Source of the DNA: Promethearchaeota archaeon
GTDB taxonomy: Archaea > Asgardarchaeota > Lokiarchaeia > Sigyniarchaeales > SOKP01
Reading direction: 5' to 3'
Assembly: GCA_048939995.1 (NCBI GenBank)
Contig: JBHLOY010000006.1
Span: 96,001 to 160,000 of the forward strand
Length of the DNA stretch: 64,000 nucleotides
Shown here piece by piece: positions 36,633 to 46,811 of the stretch. A model generated the notes under the pieces. That model was not told the DNA's origin and ran no database searches. It saw only the letters and a program-made list of their open reading frames with translations. Both the position numbers and the translations under genes were made by a program. Positions within the stretch are counted from its first letter, which is position 1. Each line of letters begins with the position of its first letter.

Positions 36633-38138
36633 ATGAATGAAATTCATGATTTTTCTGTAATGAAGGATGGATTAAATTATAAATACTATGTCAATGGAAA
36701 ATGGAAAGTATCAGATTCGGGTAAAATTACTGCTATTTACAATCCTTATAATAATGATTTAATTGGATATGTTCAAGCGTGTAGTAAAAAAGATGTTGAT
36801 GAAGCGGTTAATTGCGCTAAAGAAAATGTAGATTGCTGGGAAAACACACCATCAAAAGATAGAATTGATGTTTTAAGAAAAGCAGCAGATTTAATGATGA
36901 AATGGGCCGAACCTATAGGAAAAATTCTTATGCAAGAAATAGGGAAACCATTAAAGATCGCTATTTCTGAAATTAGAAGAACTGCAGATATTTTTAATGC
37001 AACAGCAGATGCTGGCTCTCAAATAGTAGGTGAAACAATTATGGGAGACGCATTTAAAGGTTTTAATAAAGACAAAATATCAATGACTTATAGAATCCCC
37101 TTAGGAGTTGTATTATGTATAGGACCATTCAATTATCCTTTTAATTTAACAGGTTCAAAAATTGCTCCAGCACTCGTAGCAGGTAATAGTGTTATTGTAA
37201 AACCACCAAGTGAAGGTGCTATAACGCCATTACATTTTGGTGTAATTTTAGAGAAAGCAGGTCTCCCCCCAGGTGTATTTAATATTATTACAGGACGCGG
37301 TTCAGAAATTGGAGATTATTTAACCGGGCATCCAAAGATAGATATGATAGGTTTTACAGGATCTTCAGAAACAGGTAAGCATCTTTCTAAGGTAGCAGGA
37401 ATGAAACCTTTATTATTAGAACTTGGTGGAAAAGATGCTGCTATAGTTCTTGATGATGCTGATTTAGAATTAGCTATTAAAGCTATAGTAAAAGGCGCAT
37501 TTTCTTTTAGCGGACAAAGATGCACTGCAGTTAAAAGGGTTTTACCAATGCCAAGAATCGCGGATATTTTAGTAGAAAAAGTTACCAAAGAAGTATTGAA
37601 TTTAAGTATTGGGAATCCCGCAGAAAATATGACAATAGGACCTTTAATAAATTCACAAAGATGCGATTACGTTCAAGGATTAATTGATGATGCTTTGAGT
37701 AAGGGAGCCACTTTAAAATGTGGAAATAGAAGAGAAGGGAATATAATGTGGCCAACTATTCTTGATAATGTAACAACAGATATGCGGGTAGCATGGGAGG
37801 AACCATTCGGTCCCGTATTACCTTTCATTCGTATTCGTAGCGCTGAAGAAGCAATTGATATTTCAAATAAATCAGAGTATGGATTACAAGGTATGATTTT
37901 TACTAATAATATTGATCTGGCGTTTAATATCGCTCAAGAATTAGAAGTTGGGACAGTTCAAATAAACGGTCAGAGTGAGAGAGGACCTGATCATTTTCCA
38001 TTTTTAGGAACTAAATCCTCTGGATTGGGGACTCAAGGTATCAAATATTCAATAGAGGCGATGAGTCGTCCTAAAGTTGTGGTTATGAACTTAAGTGAGA
38101 AAGGGAAATTAATTCATGAGTGTAGGGTAGATAATTAA
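36633..38138 (+). CDS. gapN: Non-phosphorylating NADP-dependent glyceraldehyde-3-phosphate dehydrogenase (ALDH family)
   Basis: PFNYPFNL, LELGGKDA, SGQRCTAVKR, AWEEPFGPVLP and RGPDHFPFLG motifs. Confidence 0.88.
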   Translation: MNEIHDFSVMKDGLNYKYYVNGKWKVSDSGKITAIYNPYNNDLIGYVQACSKKDVDEAVNCAKENVDCWENTPSKDRIDVLRKAADLMMKWAEPIGKILMQEIGKPLKIAISEIRRTADIFNATADAGSQIVGETIMGDAFKGFNKDKISMTYRIPLGVVLCIGPFNYPFNLTGSKIAPALVAGNSVIVKPPSEGAITPLHFGVILEKAGLPPGVFNIITGRGSEIGDYLTGHPKIDMIGFTGSSETGKHLSKVAGMKPLLLELGGKDAAIVLDDADLELAIKAIVKGAFSFSGQRCTAVKRVLPMPRIADILVEKVTKEVLNLSIGNPAENMTIGPLINSQRCDYVQGLIDDALSKGATLKCGNRREGNIMWPTILDNVTTDMRVAWEEPFGPVLPFIRIRSAEEAIDISNKSEYGLQGMIFTNNIDLAFNIAQELEVGTVQINGQSERGPDHFPFLGTKSSGLGTQGIKYSIEAMSRPKVVVMNLSEKGKLIHECRVDN

Positions 38139-38139
38139 A

Positions 38140-38979
38140 ATGATTAACTTAAAAGATAAAACATTATTCATCACAGGCGCAAGTCGAGGCATAGGTAAAG
38201 CAATAGCCATGAGAGCTGCCCAAGATGGGGCAAAAATTGCTGTAGTGGCCAAAACCGCGGAACCAAATCCTAAATTACCTGGAACAGTATATAGTGCTGT
38301 TGAAGATATTAATAATACTGGTGGTAAAGGTCTTGCTTGTATAGCAGATATTAGATTTGAAGAACAAGTTCAAACAGCCGTGGATGCTACTATCAAAGAA
38401 TTTGGGGGGATTGATATCTTAGTTAACGATGCAAGTGCTATAAGTTTAACACCAACGTTGGATACTGACATGAAGAGATTTGATCTTATGTTTTCAGTTA
38501 ATTTACGCGGTACATTTTTATGCTCAAAATTATGTCTTCCCTATTTGAAAAAATCTGAAAACCCACACATTCTAAATCTGTCTCCGCCCTTAAATATGGA
38601 TCCAAAATGGTTTACTCATCATGTTGCTTACACAATGTCCAAATACGGAATGAGTATGTGTGTGTTAGGTATGGCTGAAGAATTTAAAAAGGAAGGAATT
38701 GCAGTTAATGCTCTCTGGCCTCGTACAGCTATAGCTACCGCTGCGGTTAAAAATTTATTGGGAGGAGATGCAACAATAAGACATTCAAGAAAACCAGAGA
38801 TTGTTGCTGATGCAGCTTATTTAATATTAACAAAACCTAGTAAAGAATGTACAGGAAACTTTTTCATAGATGATGAAATTTTAATTGAACATGGTATTAC
38901 AAATTTAGAAAAGTACTCAGTAGTCCCTGGTTCTAAGCTTATTCCAGATTTCTTTCTTTATGGGGGAGGACAAACTTAA
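38140..38979 (+). CDS. Short-chain dehydrogenase, HSDL2-like
   Basis: TGASRGIG, AKTAEPNPKLPGT, YTMSKYGMS and NALWPRTAIATAA motifs. Confidence 0.88.
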   Translation: MINLKDKTLFITGASRGIGKAIAMRAAQDGAKIAVVAKTAEPNPKLPGTVYSAVEDINNTGGKGLACIADIRFEEQVQTAVDATIKEFGGIDILVNDASAISLTPTLDTDMKRFDLMFSVNLRGTFLCSKLCLPYLKKSENPHILNLSPPLNMDPKWFTHHVAYTMSKYGMSMCVLGMAEEFKKEGIAVNALWPRTAIATAAVKNLLGGDATIRHSRKPEIVADAAYLILTKPSKECTGNFFIDDEILIEHGITNLEKYSVVPGSKLIPDFFLYGGGQT

Positions 38980-39108
38980 CTTAATTGATAAAGATATGAC
39001 TTAAAACTGATTAATTACTACCTCATTACCTCAATAATAAATTTAATAATAGTTATAACTCTAGAAATAAATAACAGCAATTAAAATTACCAATTAAGTG
39101 AGAATAAT

Positions 39109-39747
39109 TTGAAAAAGATAGTTCTTTTTGGTCCTCCTGGAGCGGGAAAGGGGACTTTTTCAGCCCAAATTAAGCAAGCTTTACCAAAAGTAGTCCACAT
39201 TAGCACAGGAGACATTTTTAGAGAAAATTTGAAAAATGAAACTACTTTAGGTTTGAAAGCCAAAACTTTTATGGAAAAGGGAGAATTAGTACCAGATAAT
39301 ATCGTTATTGAAATGATAAAGGATCGAATGAATAAAAAAGACGTTAAAAAAAATGGATTTGTACTAGATGGTTTTCCACGTACTTTATCCCAAGCAGAGG
39401 CGTTATCAGATATAACCAACATAGATTTTGTGTTATTATTAAAAGTAGATGAGGATATTATAATTAAAAGAATTCTTGGTAGATATTCATGTCCAGATTG
39501 CGGTGAACTCTATAATAAATATTTTATGAAGCCAAAGAAAGAAGATATATGTGATAAATGTGGAGCATCGATAAAATTTGAGCAAAGAAGCGATGATAAT
39601 GAAGAAATTTTAAGAAACCGTCTCGATGTATATAAAGAAAATGCCAAACCTCTCCTTGACTATTATAAAAAAAAAGGAAAAGTCAAAGAAATTAATTATG
39701 AAAATAAATTAACTGAAAAAGAAGTTAAAAACGTATTAGAACTATAA
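39109..39747 (+). CDS. adk: Adenylate kinase (bacterial/eukaryotic long type with zinc LID)
   Basis: GPPGAGKGT, HISTGDIFR, LDGFPRT, CPDCG...CDKCG and QRSDD. Confidence 0.93.
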   Translation: MKKIVLFGPPGAGKGTFSAQIKQALPKVVHISTGDIFRENLKNETTLGLKAKTFMEKGELVPDNIVIEMIKDRMNKKDVKKNGFVLDGFPRTLSQAEALSDITNIDFVLLLKVDEDIIIKRILGRYSCPDCGELYNKYFMKPKKEDICDKCGASIKFEQRSDDNEEILRNRLDVYKENAKPLLDYYKKKGKVKEINYENKLTEKEVKNVLEL

Positions 39748-39778
39748 CTATTTTTAACTTTCTTCATTTTATCATATT

Positions 39779-40531
39779 ATGAGCATTAATATTTGCATTT
39801 CAATTCCAATTAAATCTAATAGCATAAACGAAATTAAAATAGTAGTAGATAAAGCTTTAACATTCAATCCTGAGTTTATCGAATTTAGATTTGATTATAT
39901 TAATAAAATCGAATATTTAACAGAGAATTTTGTAAAACAATTAAAATCTTTAATTGAAAGTAAATGCTATTCTATTTTTGTCCTTAGAGATATTTCTGAA
40001 GGAGGAAAAGCTAAACTTGAGAAGTCCCAAAGGATAAAACTGTTAAAAATGCTGATTAAAACTAAACCAGACTTCTTCGATATCGAAATGAACTCAGATT
40101 TACAAACTCTTAGTGACATTATTAGCTTGTCTTTTATGACAAAAGTTAATTTATTTTTCTCTTATCATAATCTTGAAGAAACTCCAGATTTCGAGAGCTT
40201 AAAAGAGATAATTTTAAGGTTCGAAGAAAAAGTAATTAAAAATAATATGAATGAGTTTGACATTCTAGATAAGAGTGTATATAAATTAACGTTTAAAGCC
40301 AATAATTTTGAAGACAACATAATTCCTTTAAAAATTTGTCAAGAGTTATCAAAAAATAATAAAAAGATTATATCCTTCTGCATGGATGATATAGGAATTT
40401 TCTCAAGATTGATGTGTGTAAAGTTAGGTTCATTTTTAACTTATGCTGCTTTGGATGAACAGACAGCACCAGGACAAATTCATGTAAAAATAATGCAAGA
40501 ATTATATGAAATATTCTCAAATAATAAATGA
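39779..40531 (+). CDS. aroD: 3-dehydroquinate dehydratase type I
   Basis: EFRFDY, SEGG, DIE, SYHNLEETP, Schiff-base Lys in YKL, TAPGQ. Confidence 0.88.
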   Translation: MSINICISIPIKSNSINEIKIVVDKALTFNPEFIEFRFDYINKIEYLTENFVKQLKSLIESKCYSIFVLRDISEGGKAKLEKSQRIKLLKMLIKTKPDFFDIEMNSDLQTLSDIISLSFMTKVNLFFSYHNLEETPDFESLKEIILRFEEKVIKNNMNEFDILDKSVYKLTFKANNFEDNIIPLKICQELSKNNKKIISFCMDDIGIFSRLMCVKLGSFLTYAALDEQTAPGQIHVKIMQELYEIFSNNK

Positions 40532-40566
40532 ATATATGCTTAAAATTAAAATATTAACTACCAATA

Positions 40567-41778
40567 GTGATTTATATGGTTGTGTATTTCGCATTTTTAT
40601 TCCATGTATATCAACCCCCAGTGCAAATACCGCAAGTAATTAAACAGATTGTCAATGAATCATATAAACCGATTATTAATGCATTAGAAAATCACACGCA
40701 TACCAAAATTACACTTAATATTAATGGTTCATTGACTGAGCAACTCCATGATTTTGGATATGATGATCTAATTCAATCTATAATTATGTGTGCTAATAGA
40801 GGCCAAATTGAATTCACAGGTTCAGCAAAATTCCATCCAATCCTACCTCTCATTCCACAACCGGAGATTAGACGCCAAATTAAGCTGAATGATGAAACTA
40901 ATCAATTTTTCTTTGGAAAACTTTATTCACCTCGCGGTTTTTTCCCTCCTGAAATGGCTATTTCTGAAGATGTTTTTAGAGTAGTAAAAAAATTAGGATT
41001 TGATTGGGTAATTCTTAGTGGAATCGCAAATATGCTTCCAGATTTTCCAATCAACTATATTTCTTTACATAAGAATGGTCTTAAGTTAATATTTAGAGAC
41101 GATTATATCTCAATTGATTGTGCATTTAATAAAATAAATAATGTAGATGCTTTCATTAATCGTTTGAAATACAAAAATACGAATGAGGATATGTATATAA
41201 CCTTAGCCTTTGATGGTGAGACTTTTGGGCATCATGTTAAACATGCTATTAAGGATTTCTTAATCCCACTATTTGAAACACTACCTTACAGAGAGGATGT
41301 AAAGCTTTGTACTGTCTCTGAAATCATTGATAAGTTTCCAACTAAATATAAACAAGTACCTCGTGAATCTAGTTGGTCAACATTGCCTTATGATCTAGCG
41401 CAAGATGTACCGTTTCCGTTATGGTTCGATCCCAATAACGAAATACATAGAGAACAGCATCGTTTTTTTATGTATGCGTTAACTTTGATCAATTTGTCTG
41501 CAAAATATAGAGAAAGTATGGATGAAGAAAAAAAAGAGATCTTTGAAAATGCCCGAAATTTGCTTGATAGAGGAATTTATAGCTGTCAACAGTGGTGGGC
41601 ATCACAAAAACCATGGTATAATCCTGATATGATATTACGTGGATTAAATGAGGTTTTAATGGGCAGTGTTAATGCAAAAAGAAGTATTCCCGATAGCAAT
41701 CCAGAAATTATAGAAGTTATGGAACTAATCATGAAAGATATGTTAAAAGCCCATAATAAAATTATATTATCTATATAA
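40567..41778 (+). CDS. Glycoside hydrolase family 57
   Basis: HVYQP, HPILPLI, FFPPEMA and FDGETFGHH motifs. Confidence 0.9.
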   Translation: MIYMVVYFAFLFHVYQPPVQIPQVIKQIVNESYKPIINALENHTHTKITLNINGSLTEQLHDFGYDDLIQSIIMCANRGQIEFTGSAKFHPILPLIPQPEIRRQIKLNDETNQFFFGKLYSPRGFFPPEMAISEDVFRVVKKLGFDWVILSGIANMLPDFPINYISLHKNGLKLIFRDDYISIDCAFNKINNVDAFINRLKYKNTNEDMYITLAFDGETFGHHVKHAIKDFLIPLFETLPYREDVKLCTVSEIIDKFPTKYKQVPRESSWSTLPYDLAQDVPFPLWFDPNNEIHREQHRFFMYALTLINLSAKYRESMDEEKKEIFENARNLLDRGIYSCQQWWASQKPWYNPDMILRGLNEVLMGSVNAKRSIPDSNPEIIEVMELIMKDMLKAHNKIILSI

Positions 41779-41822
41779 AAAATAGGAAAAAGAAAAATAG
41801 CTAAGAATAGAAAAGTTCTTTA

Positions 41823-41996
41823 TTAACTCTTATCAAAGATGTTCCCGCAACTACCGCATTTTATTCTCTTTTTATAAACAGGAGTTCCCTGCATAGAAAA
41901 ATAAAGTACTTGAGTCTTATCTGGCTCTTCATGAAGCTTCCTAGGGTTCTCTTCTCCACATTCAGAACATTTAAACCTTTTGTATGTTTCTGTCAT
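41823..41996 (-). CDS. 57-aa stand-alone zinc-ribbon protein (not in ORF track)
   Basis: MTETYKRFKCSECGEENPRKLHEEPDKTQVLYFSMQGTPVYKKRIKCGSCGNIFDKS*, with two CxxC pairs. Confidence 0.75.
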   Translation of the reverse strand: MTETYKRFKCSECGEENPRKLHEEPDKTQVLYFSMQGTPVYKKRIKCGSCGNIFDKS

Positions 41997-42037
41997 ATTC
42001 TACGATCTAAATTTCTTTATAAAATAGTAAGAATTCT

Positions 42038-42619
42038 TTAATTTAAATGTAGTTTTTTGAGAATTTTTATTTTAGTGATAATTTCATCTACTATTTCTTT
42101 TTTATTTCTATTTGTAGTATCTATAATAATATCAGCTGCAATTTTATAAAATGGTTCTCTATAATGTAATATTGATTCTATTTCTCTTTTAAGATTATCT
42201 TTATTTATTAAAGGCCGCTTTTCTTTCCCATTCTTCATTATCCTATAGCAAAGTTCATCAGTACTTGCAGTTAGTAGTATTAAAAGACAATTTCTTTTCA
42301 AATTCTTAATATTTTTATTGTTTAGGACTATACCTCCACCACATGAGATTATAGCTTTTTTTAGTTTTGAAACTTTCTTACAAGCTTTAATTTCATATTC
42401 TCTAAATTTTTGTTCTCCATCTTCTCTAAAAATCTGATTTATTGATTTCCCAGCCATTCTTATTACCATCTGATCAGTTTCTATGAATTGATAGGTATTA
42501 CCTAAGCATCTTGCAAGTTCCTTTCCAATTAATGTTTTTCCAGTTGCCATGAATCCAATAAGTGCAATTGAATCTTTGTTCATAATTAACTCAGTTTTTT
42601 GAATAAATAATACCTTCAA
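42038..42619 (-). CDS. aroK: Shikimate kinase, bacterial AroK type (start may be the ATG at 42583)
   Basis: LIGFMATGKT, GEQKFREYE, ISCGGG, RPL and REPFY motifs. Confidence 0.9.
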   Translation of the reverse strand: MKVLFIQKTELIMNKDSIALIGFMATGKTLIGKELARCLGNTYQFIETDQMVIRMAGKSINQIFREDGEQKFREYEIKACKKVSKLKKAIISCGGGIVLNNKNIKNLKRNCLLILLTASTDELCYRIMKNGKEKRPLINKDNLKREIESILHYREPFYKIAADIIIDTTNRNKKEIVDEIITKIKILKKLHLN

Positions 42620-43182
42620 TCCATAGTAAATCCATGCCTTCCTATTGCTCCTTTTTTTATTTCAAGGTAACTTCCTGAAATATATGCACAAAAATCAAAC
42701 TCATCTGGATTTAAATCATCATTTCGCACATATTTAGGATCAGAATGGGTAGCTAGTACTTCCCCGAAATAGCATACATGTGATCCTAATTTTATACGAT
42801 TAATAACCTTACATTCCATATTCCATGGAAATTCTTTTACCATGGGTACTTGAACAATTGATGCTGGCTCTTTAGTCAAATTTAATGCTTCCCATTTATC
42901 AATATTTCTTCCTGAGCGTGTACCGCAATAATCAATTTCTCTTAACTGTTCAATCGTTGGATAATTGATTACAAATTCGCCATGTTTCTCGATTAAGATA
43001 TAAGAATGGCGCTTGGGTTGAATTGAGATAACTACAATAGCGGGTTTTAAACAGACTTTTCCCACATAAGCAAGAGTTATTAGATTTGCTTCATCACCTT
43101 TTCCTACAGAGATAATAGCATTAGGCATAGGAAATACGCTTATTCCCGGTTTAAGAATTACTTTTTTCATTCTAAAATTCAA
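42616..43182 (-). CDS. Flavin reductase (flavoredoxin-like) family protein
   Basis: NLITLA, GEFVINYP, DYCGTRSGRNIDK and LGSHVCYFGEV motifs. Confidence 0.88.
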   Translation of the reverse strand: MNFRMKKVILKPGISVFPMPNAIISVGKGDEANLITLAYVGKVCLKPAIVVISIQPKRHSYILIEKHGEFVINYPTIEQLREIDYCGTRSGRNIDKWEALNLTKEPASIVQVPMVKEFPWNMECKVINRIKLGSHVCYFGEVLATHSDPKYVRNDDLNPDEFDFCAYISGSYLEIKKGAIGRHGFTMD

Positions 43183-43273
43183 TACTCATTTATTAGAATA
43201 TTAGCTAAATAATTATAAATTAATTTTATCCTTAAACATATTAATAGTTATTAATTTGTTGATTTATTTGTAA

Positions 43274-44134
43274 ATGTCAGTTAAGAATTATATTACAGCA
43301 CAAACAGACATACTTGGTGTTATTGGGCATCCAATTGAACATTCAATGAGCCCTATTATGCATAATGCTGCTATTAGAGATCTTAACTTGGACTATATAT
43401 ATTTAGCCTTTGATATACCCCCAAATAATTTGAAGGATGCTATAAAAGGAATAAGGGCCCTTAATATAAAAGGGATCAACGTAACACTCCCTCATAAAGA
43501 AAAAGTAATGCAATTTCTAGATAATATTGATGTTATTGCTCAAAAAATCAATAGTATAAATGCTATAAAAAATGAAGATGGGCTTTTAACAGGAAAAAAT
43601 TTTGATTCGGAAGGAGCCAAAGAAGCGTTATTGAATGCAGGATGTACGCTTTCAGGGAAAAAAGTTATAATATTAGGGGCAGGTGGGGCTGCAAAAGCCA
43701 TTTCCTATTCATTGGCATTAGAGGCAGAAAAAATCGTAATAATTAATCGAACTGAGGATCGAGCTAAAAGATTAGTGAGTGAATTGAAAAAATTCAATAT
43801 TGAAAGTAAGAAATATAATGAAGAAACTATTAGAGAGGAAATAAAAAATGCAGATATTTTAATAAATGCAACTCCGGTCGGTATGTTTCCTTCTATGGAA
43901 ACAACCCCAATTTCAAGAAATCTTTTACATAGTGGATTATTTGTTTTTGATCTAATATACAATCCATTAGAAACCCAGTTGCTCAAAGATTCGAAAGAGA
44001 TTGGTTGCCGAGTACTAGGTGGTTTAGATATGTTGGTATACCAAGGAGCTTTAGCATTTGAATGGTGGATAAATAAAAAACCTAATATAGAATTAATGAA
44101 AAGAAAGGTAATTGAATATTTAGGAGGGGGATAA
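43274..44134 (+). CDS. aroE: Shikimate dehydrogenase
   Basis: GHPIEHSMSP, NVTLPHKE, GAGGAA, DLIYNP and GLDMLVYQG motifs. Confidence 0.95.
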   Translation: MSVKNYITAQTDILGVIGHPIEHSMSPIMHNAAIRDLNLDYIYLAFDIPPNNLKDAIKGIRALNIKGINVTLPHKEKVMQFLDNIDVIAQKINSINAIKNEDGLLTGKNFDSEGAKEALLNAGCTLSGKKVIILGAGGAAKAISYSLALEAEKIVIINRTEDRAKRLVSELKKFNIESKKYNEETIREEIKNADILINATPVGMFPSMETTPISRNLLHSGLFVFDLIYNPLETQLLKDSKEIGCRVLGGLDMLVYQGALAFEWWINKKPNIELMKRKVIEYLGGG

Positions 44135-45036
44135 TGTTAGGTAAGAATTTAACCATAATAGGTGGTTCAGGAGGGATGGGAAAAGTCTTTGCAAAATATT
44201 TTAAGAAACATGGATTTAATATAATTTTACATGCTCGTAATGAAGAAAATTTAAAACGTACTGCTTATGAGTTGAATGTAAATTATGAACTATCACTTGG
44301 TAAAAGTGTAGAAGATGCAAACATAGTCATGATCTCAGTTCCTATTCCTCTAACAACAGCTATAATAAGAGAAGTAGTTCCCTTTCTAAAAGCAGATTCA
44401 CTAATTTTTGACATCACTTCAATTAAAAATGAAGTAATTAGAGTATATGAAGAAATTAAGATGAAATACCCCATAAATTGTCTTTCACTTCATCCTATGT
44501 TTGGTCCTGGAATTAAAAATATGAAGAATTACATTATTCTTATCTTAAGAATTGGTGGCACAGAAAACTATAATAAGATAGTTGATGATTTATTAAGTTT
44601 AATTAAATCTGATGACATAATAGTTACAGAAACAACTCCGGAACTACATGATAAATACATAGCAATGACATTAGGAATCCCTCACATGCTTAATATTTTA
44701 TTTTTAAATCTATTAAGAAGAATGAATGAAACGCTGAACGATTTAACAAAATATGCAGGAACTACATTTCTGCTTCAAAAAGTCTTTTCAGAAAGTATTA
44801 TTCAAAGAGAAATGGAGATGTTTGCTGACATTCAGATACAAAACAAAGAATTTCAAAAAGTGTTAGATGAATTTGAAAATTTAATAAAAGAATATAAAAA
44901 AATCATACAAAGCAAAGATAAGCAAGGATTTGTCAATATGTTTAAAGATGGTTTAAATTATTCAAGTGAGGATAGCCACTTTAAAGACTCATACAAATAT
45001 TTCTATGAATTTATGAAAATTTTGAAAAATGAATAG
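44134..45036 (+). CDS. tyrA: Prephenate dehydrogenase
   Basis: IIGGSGGMG, DITSIK, LHPMFGP and HDKYIA motifs. Confidence 0.9.
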   Translation: MLGKNLTIIGGSGGMGKVFAKYFKKHGFNIILHARNEENLKRTAYELNVNYELSLGKSVEDANIVMISVPIPLTTAIIREVVPFLKADSLIFDITSIKNEVIRVYEEIKMKYPINCLSLHPMFGPGIKNMKNYIILILRIGGTENYNKIVDDLLSLIKSDDIIVTETTPELHDKYIAMTLGIPHMLNILFLNLLRRMNETLNDLTKYAGTTFLLQKVFSESIIQREMEMFADIQIQNKEFQKVLDEFENLIKEYKKIIQSKDKQGFVNMFKDGLNYSSEDSHFKDSYKYFYEFMKILKNE

Positions 45037-45113
45037 AATATCCTCCAAATTAAAATGTGTAGTTCTTATAATTATATTTATACAGTTTTTTATGAAACTA
45101 TGGCTCTGGGGAG

Positions 45114-45356
45114 TTGAAAACGGAGAAAATAACCTCATTTCACGTATATAGTCAAGATAATAATATTGGTCTTAATATATTAGTCGATAAAATTTGGCTT
45201 GAAAATGATCGCGTTTATTTTAGAGTAAACGAGTTCTTATCTGGAAATAAAAATTATCTACGTAAAGAAAAAGGTAAAGCTATTTTCTCTATTCACGAAA
45301 GCTTTATATTTAGTATAAGATGTCGGATTTACATGCAAGCTTCGCAAAGTATTTAA
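45114..45356 (+). CDS. Small hypothetical protein
   Basis: 80-aa ORF with TTG start after GGGGAG. Confidence 0.5.
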   Translation: MKTEKITSFHVYSQDNNIGLNILVDKIWLENDRVYFRVNEFLSGNKNYLRKEKGKAIFSIHESFIFSIRCRIYMQASQSI

Positions 45357-45493
45357 GAAATATTTAAGTCAAGCACCATCTATTTTTATGAGAAGAAAAT
45401 AATTTAATAATTTAAGGTGCATTTTATAAAGTGAATTCTTTTTAGACTTAACTCATGTTTACCAAAAAATGAAAAATAATATAAAATTTAATC

Positions 45494-46096
45494 ATGCCAA
45501 CCTTTATCGTATTAGATGGAATTGACGGTTCTGGTACAACAACTCATAGTAAGCTTCTTTACGGCTTTTTAGAGTCAAAGGGTTTTAAAGTGCATTTAAC
45601 TAAAGAACCTTCAAATAGTGAAGTAGGTCAATTAATAAGGAGAAATCTTAAGAATCAAAACATCCCCCCAACTACAGATGCCTTGATGTTTGCAGCTGAT
45701 AGAGACCTTCATTATCGAATGGAAATTAAAGAATATTTATCCAAAGGTTTTATAGTTATTTCTGATAGATACATTGAATCATCAATAGTATATCAATCTA
45801 TACAATCAGATGAAATTTCAATTGATTGGGTAAAAACAATTAATAAGTTTGCGGGAAAAGCAGATTTGACAATTATATTAGATATTGATCCAATGATATC
45901 CCTAGCAAGAAAATCAACAAGCTTTGAAAAATTTGAGAATGATTCCTTCTTGAATAAAGTGAGAGAACTATATCTCTTGCGAGCAAAAGAACAGGGTTAC
46001 CCTATTATTAATACAAATGAAATTATTGAATTTGTCCAACAAAAAATTCAAAAAATAGTTTTAAAAAAATTAAAGGAACAGGAAATACGTGAGTAA
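45494..46096 (+). CDS. tmk: Thymidylate kinase
   Basis: DGIDGSGTTT, TKEPS, MFAADR and SDRYIESSIVYQ motifs. Confidence 0.93.
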   Translation: MPTFIVLDGIDGSGTTTHSKLLYGFLESKGFKVHLTKEPSNSEVGQLIRRNLKNQNIPPTTDALMFAADRDLHYRMEIKEYLSKGFIVISDRYIESSIVYQSIQSDEISIDWVKTINKFAGKADLTIILDIDPMISLARKSTSFEKFENDSFLNKVRELYLLRAKEQGYPIINTNEIIEFVQQKIQKIVLKKLKEQEIRE

Positions 46097-46134
46097 TTTC
46101 TAATCTCTAATCAAAGAAACTTAAAAATGCGAAA

Positions 46135-46668
46135 TTACATTAACTTTTTTAATTCTGCTTGAATATCTTCAATTCTCTTTTTTGCTTTTATAAGTATCTG
46201 TGTTTTTCCATATTTTACGAACCAGTTATTAAACCTTTGTTCGATAGAGACTTCTCGAGTTCCAGCCATATGTTTATCAGCTAGACATATTATCTTCTCT
46301 TCAATTGATTGAGGTAGAAACTCTCTTTCAGGAAGATTAACACTAACAGCATCGATTTTATCTAATCCCCCTAAAATATGGGTTTCACAAATTCTAGCTA
46401 ATTTCTCAGAAAAACCATGTTCTCTTAATATTTGTGCTCCGATTATCGCATGCTTGAATCCATGTGTTTTTGCCCGACCAACATCATGTAATAATGCCCC
46501 GATTTCAATTAAATTAACATCAAGGTCAATTTTTGTGATTTTTTCTGCTATTTCTAGTGCTTTATCAGTAACTTTAAGAGAGTGGCGCCTAACATGGTAT
46601 GGTACTTTCATTTTTTTTAAAAATTCAAAGGCGAATTCACTCGAAGGTAAGGTTTCATCATAAGACAT
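46135..46668 (-). CDS. HD-domain (HDIG) phosphohydrolase
   Basis: RRHS, ALLHDVGR, ETH and EEKIICLADK motifs. Confidence 0.88.
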   Translation of the reverse strand: MSYDETLPSSEFAFEFLKKMKVPYHVRRHSLKVTDKALEIAEKITKIDLDVNLIEIGALLHDVGRAKTHGFKHAIIGAQILREHGFSEKLARICETHILGGLDKIDAVSVNLPEREFLPQSIEEKIICLADKHMAGTREVSIEQRFNNWFVKYGKTQILIKAKKRIEDIQAELKKLM

Positions 46669-46811
46669 TAATTTCTAAAAGCGATTATCAACTAAAAGGT
46701 TTAGTTATTGACTAAAAGATCAAAGTATTTATATACTAAAGTAGTAAATATTTAGATCATTAGACAAGAATTCAAAAACATTTATCGTATTGAAATTGAG
46801 GAAGATCGCAG

